64,000 nucleotides of DNA from Deltaproteobacteria bacterium (GTDB lineage: Bacteria; Desulfobacterota; Desulfarculia; Adiutricales; Adiutricaceae): assembly GCA_031276635.1 (NCBI GenBank), contig JAISMU010000045.1:2955-66954 (forward strand). Direction: 5' to 3'. Position 1 is the stretch's first letter, and each line of letters begins with the position of its first letter. Under the pieces are notes generated by a model. It was not told where the DNA came from, did not search any database, and worked only from the letters and a program-made list of their open reading frames with translations. A program made the position numbers and the translations under genes. Positions 54,794 to 63,702 of this stretch are shown here, in pieces.

Positions 54794-54969
54794 ATTTGTT
54801 GATTTTATTCTTTGATCTTCAGATATTGGGCCCGAATAGAGTCGCTTCCGCCAGGTAAGTGGGAGACCAGACGCTCTTCTTCATTAGTCTGGACACGGGC
54901 TAACTAGCCTCGTCCCAAGCTCAATGATTCCCCGCGGTCGGCTCCAGCGGCGCCTTTCTCTGGGCCCGA

Positions 54970-55677
54970 TTATTTATTGTTGAGAATTTCTGTGAGCATG
55001 ACCTTGTCAAACGCCTCGGGATCGAAATCCTCGCCCACCATCTCCGCCATGGTCTCGTATTCCTCATGGTTAGGGTCAGCCAGGATCTCCAGCATTTCCA
55101 TATAACCAAAGGGCCCACCACAGTCCTCAGGTGGGCAAGCTCTCGCCCCGTCGTAACAGCCGTATTTCAGGGCTGGACGGTTAGACTCAAAATCCATGTC
55201 CAGCAATTTAATGCTATGGACCCAGCCATCACCAAAATCGTACTCGTAGGTGAACCGACTGCCTTTCCCCAGCCCCAGCTTGTTGAGTTTTTTAGAAAGA
55301 GATTTGGCCCTCTTGCTAAACAGAAAATCGTCATCATCTTCAGTGTCGCCATACTGTTCGCCACCGATATTGAAGATGGACAAATGGTAGCCATCCCAGC
55401 CCATAACGGTAAAAATGACCTCATTAAACTCTTGCAGGGATATGTTAGAGGGAACGAAAAATTTGCGCCAGATCCTCGGTTTTATGTCCTTCAGCTCAAT
55501 ACTAAAGGCGTATAGAGGGACTCGTCTTGGGGGGGCCGCTTTTACTGCGGTGGCCTTGGACCCTGTCTTCAGGCCGCTGACGGGAGTCTTCTTTTTGGGG
55601 GTGGTCTTGGTCTCGGCCGCCTGGTCGCTGGCTGGAGATTTGTCCAGGGTTACTTGGGGAGTCTTCTTGTTCGCCAT
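54970..55677 (-). CDS. pRiA4b ORF-3-like family protein (PF07929-type), paralog S1, with K/T/P-rich N-terminal tail
   Basis: VPLYAFSIELKDIKPRIWRKFFVPSNISLQEFNEVIFTVMGWDGYHL... and C-terminal CPPEDCGGPFGYMEMLEILADPNHEEYETMAEMVGEDFDPEAFD are the family hallmarks. Confidence 0.85.
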   Translation of the reverse strand: MANKKTPQVTLDKSPASDQAAETKTTPKKKTPVSGLKTGSKATAVKAAPPRRVPLYAFSIELKDIKPRIWRKFFVPSNISLQEFNEVIFTVMGWDGYHLSIFNIGGEQYGDTEDDDDFLFSKRAKSLSKKLNKLGLGKGSRFTYEYDFGDGWVHSIKLLDMDFESNRPALKYGCYDGARACPPEDCGGPFGYMEMLEILADPNHEEYETMAEMVGEDFDPEAFDKVMLTEILNNK

Positions 55678-55939
55678 AGAAACAAAACCTCTTTTAAGCG
55701 TTCGCCCGGCTAGGGGCGGGAGTCAACGGGTCAGTCGTTAGCTCAGGGTTATAATTGCCGATAAAAACTTTTGATGTACAGAGTAAAGAGTTTCTTAGAC
55801 TCTTTGGAGAAATAACTACTCAGTATAGACAAATTTCAACTAAAATTTTTATTATAAAAAAAATTATTATAAAAATTGAAAATTAATAAATAAGTAAATT
55901 ATATATTCCGGTAAATAAATATTAGAACTTTATTAAAAA

Positions 55940-56581
55940 CTATTCACGTACCATTTGAGAAACTAAAACTTTAACTGATTGTTTCTGGAGTTGCAGTAAA
56001 GTATATTTAATTCTAAAAACAGCCATAAGCTTTTTAGCTTTTTTTATGTTGAATTTCTCGGGATCGTAGCCCTTAGGGGCCCAGGCTAAAATCTCCTCGT
56101 ACTCTTCGTGAGTCTCGTCCGCCAGAATTTTAAGTTTTCTATAATAACCGTATACTCCACCAGAGTCTTCAATGGGGCAGCGCCTCGCCCCGTCCAAACA
56201 ATCAAATTTCAACGCGGGATTGGTGGGTTTGTAATCAGTGTCAAGCAGTTTTAACTGATGCATCCAGTCATCACCGAAATCATATCTATAATCAATGGTA
56301 GAGCCTTTTTTCAATTGAAAATAGTTAAGATTGACCTTAGAAAGGTTTACTTCCTCAACATGTTTCGGCATACGAATCTTAAAGCCTTCAGGGTCAGGTT
56401 CAACATACTCCACCCCGAATATTGTGAATGAGTATAAATGGTAATTTAACCAACCCATGACGAGCTGGATAACCTCATGAAGCGTGGCCAAGGATATGCT
56501 GCAGGGGACAAAAAAACGACGCCAGATTTTTGGTTTAATCTCTTTCAGCTCAATCCTGAAAAGGTAAAGAGGGACAGTCAT
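55940..56581 (-). CDS. pRiA4b ORF-3-like family protein, paralog S2
   Basis: MTVPLYLFRIELKEIKPKIWRRFFVP..., YDFGDDWMH, CPIEDSGGVYGYYRKLKILADETHEEYEE...YDPEKF. I prefer the ATG at 56581 (SD AGGTG). Confidence 0.85.
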   Translation of the reverse strand: MTVPLYLFRIELKEIKPKIWRRFFVPCSISLATLHEVIQLVMGWLNYHLYSFTIFGVEYVEPDPEGFKIRMPKHVEEVNLSKVNLNYFQLKKGSTIDYRYDFGDDWMHQLKLLDTDYKPTNPALKFDCLDGARRCPIEDSGGVYGYYRKLKILADETHEEYEEILAWAPKGYDPEKFNIKKAKKLMAVFRIKYTLLQLQKQSVKVLVSQMVRE

Positions 56582-56629
56582 TTTAGCACCTGGTCTTTGG
56601 GGTAAAAAAAAGAACATTAAATGGGAAAA

Positions 56630-57268
56630 TTATTGTTTAATCATTAAATCAACTAACATTTTAGTTGCTTGGGTATCTATTTGTCTCAAAGTATATTTAA
56701 TTTGAACTAACATTAGGCGATTATTTACAGCTTTCAGGTCAAATTTTTCAGGATCGTAGCCCTCAGGAGCCCATATTAAAGTATCTTCGTACTCTTCATG
56801 ATTTTTGTCAGCCAGAATTTTAAGAACTTCATAATAACCCCGAGTTCCGCCACAGTCTTCAATGGGGCACCGTCTCGCCCCGGCCAAACAACCGAAGATC
56901 AAATCTGAGTTGAGGGGAGTATAATCAGTGTCAATAACTTTTAGCCGATGAGTCCAGCCGTCTCCGAAATCATATAAATATTCAAAATTAGATTCAAAAT
57001 ATGGATAAAATTCGTAAAGTTTGACCTTTTTTAAGTCAATTTCTTTAGTATTTGGAATTTCCGACAATAAACCATGCGGATCTGGATTCAGATACTCCAC
57101 CCCGGATAATTTGTAAGAGTAAAAGTGATAATTTAGCCAACCCATAACTTGCTGGATTGCCTCATGAAACATGGCTAGGGAGACATCCGAGGGGACGAAA
57201 AATTTACGCCAGATTTTCGGTTTAATCTCTTTCAGCTCAATCTTAAAAGCATAGAGAGGAACACTCAT
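56630..57268 (-). CDS. pRiA4b ORF-3-like family protein, paralog S3
   Basis: MSVPLYAFKIELKEIKPKIWRKFFVP..., YDFGDGWTH, CPIEDCGGTRGYYEVLKILADKNHEEYED...YDPEKF. I prefer the ATG at 57268 (SD GGAG). Confidence 0.85.
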   Translation of the reverse strand: MSVPLYAFKIELKEIKPKIWRKFFVPSDVSLAMFHEAIQQVMGWLNYHFYSYKLSGVEYLNPDPHGLLSEIPNTKEIDLKKVKLYEFYPYFESNFEYLYDFGDGWTHRLKVIDTDYTPLNSDLIFGCLAGARRCPIEDCGGTRGYYEVLKILADKNHEEYEDTLIWAPEGYDPEKFDLKAVNNRLMLVQIKYTLRQIDTQATKMLVDLMIKQ

Positions 57269-58335
57269 TTTAGCTCCGCTCAGTGATTGTATTTGGCCAC
57301 GGAGGCCTGGCAATTGAAGTGATTCTGTCCACAAGAATGATTATTAGGTTAAATTTAGAGCTTTGTTTTTTTGATTCCGTCATCATTCGCCGTTATAACA
57401 GCTAGCCTCCAAGGAGTTAGCCGGCTCTCGGCCCTATTTTTGGGATAAAAATATCTAAGAGATAAAACTTTTAATAAAATTTATAACTTATTGTCTTTTG
57501 TGAAAAATTTAAGAACTCCTTAGGGCCTGGCCTATTTTTGCCTGAGAAATCCGCGACAAAAGGGAACAGAAAAATTGGCTTATAGTCCCTTTTAGCTTCA
57601 GGCTCTAGAGGGGGCTAGCGGTATTTTTTTTTGGACAAAATTTGACTTTCAACGTGTTCCCGTCGACCTAAAAAACAGCCTGATTTGAGAAAAACTGGCC
57701 CAGGGAGCCAAGCTCGTGGTTCGCTGTAATTATTATTTTTAAATATAGCGGACCTGTTGAATAAAAACAATAGAAAATGAGGCGGAGGGGAGCTTTTAAT
57801 TTTGGCCGCGCCATTCAATCGGTTTAGGCCAAGACTCACTTAGGCCAGAGTCTTGGCCCGAGCTATCGCCGCCGGCTGGCAAGGACCTGATTCTTGGCTG
57901 TCAGGTTAGGCTCTGGCTCGCCATGACTATAACCGGGTGGGGGCGGCCCAGCGTTTTTCCTCCTGACCGAGCCCACAAAATATTTAGGTTTTCTGAGCCT
58001 TTGACCAGAGGGGTTGAGCCAGGTCAACGGAGGGGTTTGTCGAGGGAGGAGGCCAATACTCAGTTTGAGAACCGGGTCGTTTTAAAAAACTGTCTCCGGC
58101 TTAAGATTAGACTACGATGGACTTCAGCGGCTCAGTCCATCAGGCTCAGCTGAGACCTCGGCTCGACCGCCACCCTCCTTCTCGGCCTCTCCTTAAAGGC
58201 TTAGACGGACAATTACATTGACGGTTTCGCCTGCCCAGTCAGCCATTTTCTCAAGTTGATAAAGCCGTATTTTGTTGGATAATACTTGAAGCGTCAATAG
58301 TCAATTCTTTGAATATTATTTACAATATTAAACAT

Positions 58336-59229
58336 AGGACTGAATATATTATTGATACCGCAAGCGATAGTTCTATATTTTGGGATCTTATCTGAACAAA
58401 GCGTTTTCTGGTTAAGAGAACCAGCTGCTCAGACCGTTTAGATAAAAGTTCTGGGCCTGCCTTAAACTGGCGGTTTTAAAATTGGTAGCGCAAAAAATTT
58501 CACAGTGGAAAAATTGATAACTTCCTAAAATTAATAAAAAAGTTTTGTAACGGTCGGCTAGCCAAGAATACGATTAAGCCACGAAAGAGCTTGGCTCAGG
58601 TGATTGTGAGAATAATTTCAATTATTTGTGAGCTACCCTTGAGGTTTGAGCGCCAAATAGCGCGGTTGGATTCACACGTTGGAGAGACCATCTAAAAATA
58701 TTGGATAACATAAATTGTGAACTCAACTGTACATATTGAGGTCTTCAAAGATTTACCTCTTAAGTCGGGGGTAATTGTTAATTTTACTTCACACGCCCTT
58801 CAATAAAAACCTCGCCAGACAATCTGATTTAAAATCAGTTTAAACCCAGGACAGAAGATATGGTTGATACCCCAAGCAATTTGTCTAGATTTTGGGATAT
58901 TATCAGAACATAGTGTTTGTCTGGTCAAGAAGCCAGCTGCTCAGACCGTTTAGATAAAAGTTCTGGGGGCCTGCCTTAATCTGGCGGTTTTAAACTTGAT
59001 AGCGCATAATATTTCACAGTGGGAAAAATAGATAACTACTTGTAATTAATAAAAAAAATTTGTCAAGGTCGGCCAGCCAAGAATACGATTACGCCATGAA
59101 AGAGCTTGGCGCAGGTGATTGTGAGAAGAATTTCAATTATTTGCGAGCTAGCCTCTAGGTTTGAGAGCTAAATAGCGCGGTTGGATTCACACTTGGGTGA
59201 GGCTATCAAAGAAAATATTGGATAACATA
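58336..59229 (+). repeat. two-copy direct repeat (copies 58336-58712 and 58848-59229, period about 512 bp)
   Basis: The copies are colinear with scattered substitutions and small indels. A 35-nt identical core, CCAGCTGCTCAGACCGTTTAGATAAAAGTTCTGGG, occurs at 58421 and 58932. There are stops in all frames. Confidence 0.85.
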
Positions 59230-59310
59230 TTTAAATTATTAGAAAAATTAACATGGCACGGCTGTTGCTAGAAAGAGAGCGTGAAGAGAATTTGGCAAGG
59301 AGGTCAGGTC

Positions 59311-59907
59311 ATGAATCAGCTGCAATCATATCAGGAACTCAGTTTGAACCCTGGGGCTTCGGAGTGGGAGATTAAAGCGGCTTTTCGGCGTCTGGCCAAG
59401 GATAGTCACCCCGACAGCGCGACTGACGGGGGCAACCCGCAAAAGTTTCAGAAGGCCTTTGAGGCCTACCAAAATCTCTTAGCCAAGGCTCGGGAGCGCC
59501 GGGAAACGGTTGAGCGAGCCCTCAATGGGGCCAGATTTCAATTTTTGAGTCAAAGGCAAGAGGGCCTGGACATCTATTATGACTTGGCCCTGGTTTGGGG
59601 CGATGGCCCAGTTACCTTGACGCTGCCTAAGGCCACCCAGGAAGTTTGTCCTCGGTGTTTTGGCCAGGGCCGGACCTTGACGCAATTAAGCCAGGGCTCC
59701 GTTTATCGACCGACCATTTGCCCCCGCTGCGGCGGGGAAGGTCATATTGATCGCGTCAGCCATATCACGGCTCACTTGACCGAGGAAATGGCTCGGGCTG
59801 GAAAAATCAGGCTCAAGGGAGCGGGGGCTCAGGCGACCAAGTCAGACCAGCGAGGCGATCTTTATCTTACGGTTCATTTGGTCGATAAATTAGATAAAAA
59901 TCATTAA
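59311..59907 (+). CDS. J-domain protein with half zinc-finger and CTD-I-like region, paralog Q3
   Basis: The J-domain has an intact HPD (SYQELSLNPGASEWEIKAAFRRLAKDSHPD). It is followed by GLDIYYDL, CPRCFGQG, CPRCGGEG and IRLKGAGA...RGDLYLTVH. SD AAGGAGG precedes the ATG at 59311. Confidence 0.8.
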   Translation: MNQLQSYQELSLNPGASEWEIKAAFRRLAKDSHPDSATDGGNPQKFQKAFEAYQNLLAKARERRETVERALNGARFQFLSQRQEGLDIYYDLALVWGDGPVTLTLPKATQEVCPRCFGQGRTLTQLSQGSVYRPTICPRCGGEGHIDRVSHITAHLTEEMARAGKIRLKGAGAQATKSDQRGDLYLTVHLVDKLDKNH

Positions 59908-60233
59908 TTATATCTAAATCATATTTTAAAATAATATGATAGCAATAAATTTTTCTAAATAGAAAAACTTGAAAATTATGAGTTAAAATTTTATTCTGAT
60001 TGAAGTTCTAAATTTTATTGATTGTAAAAACCGGCAATAGTTGCGCTGTTCCATTTTTCTGTCCGCGGTCCGGAAATTTCAGGGCCACTTTTGGAATAAT
60101 AACAAGATTTTCAACACAACAAGATATTGTGCCACTTTTTTAAATTATTAAAATTTTAATAGTATTTAATATAATAGTAAATATTATATATTATTTACTT
60201 AATGTCAATATTTAATTAAATTAACTATGTCCA

Positions 60234-60338
60234 TTAGTAGTTTACCGAGGAGCTGCCTAGAACTGCCATTGGGCAGAGACCCTGGACCCTTATTATTGCC
60301 ACAATTATTGCTACAATTAATAGAACTATTTTTAACAT
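60234..60338 (-). CDS. candidate 34-aa hydrophobic peptide
   Basis: My own translation is MLKIVLLIVAIIVAIIRVQGLCPMAVLGSSSVNY. AAGGAAAAA lies 8 nt upstream of the ATG. It sits in an otherwise ORF-free AT-rich island and is too short for the ORF track. Confidence 0.3.
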   Translation of the reverse strand: MLKIVLLIVAIIVAIIRVQGLCPMAVLGSSSVNY

Positions 60339-60974
60339 ATTGAGATTTTTCCTTAAGACCGGAGGTAAAACCCAGAATCACAGTTTCTAGAATGAATAAA
60401 TATTTTTTATTTTTCTAAATTTTAGATACAACAAAGAAATTATTTGTTATTTAACGCATACGAACTATATTTTCAGGAAGGTAGACATAATCTTCTGGCA
60501 ATGGTGGCACTTTCTTCTGGAATACTTAAAAAGAAAATATTAAAAATATATATAGGATGATATATTAATTTAAAATAAAATTAGAATATTAATTTAGTAT
60601 ATAGATATATTATTTATTTAAATTTAATCTAAAAAGTTTTAATAAAGTGAATTTATAGATAAATTTATTCTTTGGTTTTTGCCACCGAACGCAAGATATA
60701 GTGGCCCTCTTTTTTTCGGAATGGTGGTCACTCCAAAATGGAAGGCGGCGCCACGAAAAACCGAACAAAGGCTATTCTGACTGGAATTTACAACCAATGA
60801 TATTTTTTTTAATGCGAAGTTAGAAAAAAAATTTTTGTATCATCTATAAAATATATTAATTAAATTAAATCAACATAAAAATGTTAATTAGAAAAATAAT
60901 TAAAGATAGGATCAAATTATTTTTACATCAGTTATTTCTCACTCTAAAAGCACGAGTTCAGTCTGTACGGCTTG

Positions 60975-61094
60975 TTATTAATGATGTTAGTAATATATTT
61001 GATGAAAAAAATTGATTAACAATGGTAATATACTAAAATAATTAAATTTATTGGTGTAATGATTTTCAAAGCTAGCGTTTTTGCGAAGGCGTCA
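60975..61094 (-). repeat. dispersed non-coding repeat R1, copy Y (reverse orientation, more diverged)
   Basis: The reverse complement reads TGACGCCTTCGCAAAAACGCTAGCTTTGAAAATCATT...AATAAATTTAATTATTTTAGTATATTACCATTG, colinear with copies X and Z. Confidence 0.55.
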
Positions 61095-61649
61095 AATTTG
61101 TCATAAGAAGGATTTTTGATCAGGCCTTAATTCTGACAAACCGCCCTCTATGGCCCCTCAAGCTGGTCAGCGTGACCAGACAGTCAGGGCTAATCACGCG
61201 CATCCCGCCAAACGCAGAGGCATTCAGCCGTTCCAAGGCCTCAAAATAATTGTTAGCCCTTTTTCCTGACGAGCTCGACGCGAAGGAAAGATATTTTTCA
61301 AACCGCCCTTCGGAAAGGAGCGCGGCTAATTTTTTTTCCGGTTGGAGAAACGGGCCTAATTTTTGGTAGTCGACTTTAATTCGTAAAATCGGACCGACAG
61401 CCCATTAAAGTCAGGGGTTTGACGAGAATATTTAGTTCATCATCCAGGTTTGGATTAGGGTGGCCGGCCAATTCATCTAGAAAAATTTAACTTATTTGGC
61501 CTGTCAAAAAAAAAAGCTATTTTTTACAATTATAGTTCATTTCAGTTAACTATATTCTTTTAACTAAATAAAAAGTTAATAATATAAAAATAGAGGGATA
61601 TTAAGGAAAAGTCGTCTTAACATTTTTTTGACAAATTCTAAAAAAGTTC

Positions 61650-61678
61650 TTGCCATCGTCTGGGCTTGGGATTATATT
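61650..61678 (+). promoter_or_regulatory. sigma70-like promoter for the lytic transglycosylase gene
   Basis: TTGCCA (61650-61655), a 17-nt spacer, then TATATT (61673-61678), about 90 nt upstream of the ATG at 61769. Confidence 0.4.
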
Positions 61679-61768
61679 GATTTTCAATTGTGAAGCCGGT
61701 CGAGTGTAACAATTTTACCCACCCGGGTAATGCTATAGTTTTGGGCGTTGCCACAGTCTGTTTTTTTT

Positions 61769-62707
61769 ATGCGAGCTCGTTATTACTATATAATTATTCT
61801 GATTCCTGTTCTATTGATTTCCCTTGGATCCAATGGATGCGTATTCAATGTGGACCAGCTCGAACAGGGTAAGGTCCCAGATAGTGGCGGCCTCTGGTTA
61901 GGGGAGCCTGGGGACTCGAAAACTGATCATCAGCTGCCCCAGACAGTGTATTTTTGTGATGAAAAACTGCCTTTGGACTGGCCCTCAGCCCGGGAAAGAC
62001 TGGAGGCCGAGTTTCTGCTGGCGGTTAACCACCCCGCTCAGGTCCGACTTTGGCAGAGAAGGGCTAAGCGCTATTTTCCAGCCATAGAGGCGGCTCTGAA
62101 AGCTCAGGGCCTGCCGGATGACCTGAAATATCTGGCTGTGGCTGAGAGCGATTTAAGGCCTGGGGTTTTTTCCCCGGCCGGGGCGGCGGGAATCTGGCAA
62201 TTCATTCCCAGCACGGCCCGGCGGTATGGTCTGAAAGTGAATAAACTAGAGGACCAGCGCTTATTGCCAGATCATGTCATGGCCGCTGGCCTTAAGTACC
62301 TCAGTTTTCTGCGGAATAAGTTTGGCGACTGGGCCTTGGCCATGGCCGCCTATAACGCTGGGGAGGCCAGAATCAGTCGGGCTCAGGCCGATCAGGGGCA
62401 GACCAGTTATTATCAGCTGCGTCTGCCGCGAGAAACCGAGCGCTACGTTTATCGGATCGTGGCCATTAAGCTGGTTTTGAGTCAGGCTGGCCAATGGGGG
62501 TTGACTGACACCACCCCGTCGGGTCTGTATAAGCCGGTGGAGTATCAGGAAAAAACCCTGACCTTTGATGAGCCCCAGACCTGGGTCGAGCTGGCCGCCA
62601 AAATGAAATGTGATTATAAGGCCTTAAGGTCTTTAAACCCTCACTTGGCCAAACGGGAGACTTTAAAAGGCGGCCCCTATCTGTTGAGGGCCCCCAAGAG
62701 CTCCTGA
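61769..62707 (+). CDS. lytic transglycosylase (SLT domain) with C-terminal LysM-like segment
   Basis: SLT catalytic region (YLAVAESDL...AAGIWQFIPSTARRYGL...AYNAGE) and an N-terminal signal/lipoprotein-like sequence (LISLGSNGC). I prefer the ATG at 61769. Confidence 0.85.
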   Translation: MRARYYYIIILIPVLLISLGSNGCVFNVDQLEQGKVPDSGGLWLGEPGDSKTDHQLPQTVYFCDEKLPLDWPSARERLEAEFLLAVNHPAQVRLWQRRAKRYFPAIEAALKAQGLPDDLKYLAVAESDLRPGVFSPAGAAGIWQFIPSTARRYGLKVNKLEDQRLLPDHVMAAGLKYLSFLRNKFGDWALAMAAYNAGEARISRAQADQGQTSYYQLRLPRETERYVYRIVAIKLVLSQAGQWGLTDTTPSGLYKPVEYQEKTLTFDEPQTWVELAAKMKCDYKALRSLNPHLAKRETLKGGPYLLRAPKSS

Positions 62708-62826
62708 ATTTGGCCACATTTTTGCTATTTATTATTGTTACCAATCTGGTTAAGGAACAGGTTGGGGGGTTTTTGGTTAGATTTTTTTTTCGCTTTGGAC
62801 ACTGCCTTTGAGGTGGAAAATGGCCA
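62547..62826 (+). repeat. segmental duplication, copy 1 (3' end of the SLT gene + intergenic + start of the Cys-rich ORF)
   Basis: Colinear with 63703-64000. Confidence 0.8.
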
Positions 62827-63026
62827 TCAATATCTGCACGCGCAAGGACATCAAACTTGACGCCAAGTATCCTAACTGCCACTGGGCCGACCAATGCTGT
62901 TGGTATGAGACCACGACGGATCAGAGCTCCGCTTGCCACAATCGCAACACCCTGGTTTGCCAGCGACGTCGCGAAGAGGTTTTTGGGTGGGCCAACGACT
63001 CTGAGGAAAGCAGAGTTGCGTTATAA
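62820..63026 (+). CDS. small cysteine-rich protein (68 aa)
   Basis: SD GAGGTGGAAA directly upstream of the ATG. The sequence is MAINICTRKDIKLDAKYPNCHWADQCCWYETTTDQSSACHNRNTLVCQRRREEVFGW..., with six Cys. The start and upstream region are duplicated at 63994. Confidence 0.55.
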   Translation: MAINICTRKDIKLDAKYPNCHWADQCCWYETTTDQSSACHNRNTLVCQRRREEVFGWANDSEESRVAL

Positions 63027-63702
63027 GTTTTCTACCCGCGAGGCTTGACTAACGCGAGTCTATAAATTTTAGTATAATTCTCCCTTATTTGTTCTTTTTT
63101 ATATTTCCTTATAAAATTGAAGACTGTTTTAACGTTGGCGCCTTGCGATGGGCGAACGGCAGTTTATAGTTCGACTCAAAAATTTGGAGGCTTTTGGCTT
63201 TACTATAGTCATCTTATCTCATTTTGGACCAAAAAGCTACAAAATGGATAATTGTTGACTTATAATTTATGTCCATCTTTTCCTGGTAGATTCCACTATC
63301 CCTCTGGGCAACGCGCCTAATGAGAACAATTTTCGCTCAGAAAGTTAGCCGGCCCAGGTATTGGGTCGGGGCCCGCTAGTCTCACCTCAATTCGCGTTTG
63401 ACTTATCCCTCATTCTAGGTTTTCGGCGTTCGGTTTTTCCCCAGGATTCGCCGACAATTTTCGTCTCCAATGCCTTGTTAATATCCTGTCAGGCGGGGCT
63501 CAGGTCTCTTTAAGCCACCTGGTTATTATTTTTGAAGATCCTTTTCTGGAAACGGAGGCTGAATTATTAGGCCGTTGCCTGGATTCTTCCTGTCCAGTCC
63601 CGCTTCGGCGGCAATAGTTTTCGCTTGGGTCAATAATGTGGTCACCCAATAATCCAACTTCAGACCCTAATTTCTCTCTAAAAAGTTGAGATTTTCCGAC
63701 CA

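Noticed and set aside
57900-58260. A third, inverted copy of the 51.7/52.65-kb repeat
   Set aside because: Only short patches (for example GTCTCAGCTG) resemble the repeat, and the order of the matching words is inconsistent in either orientation.
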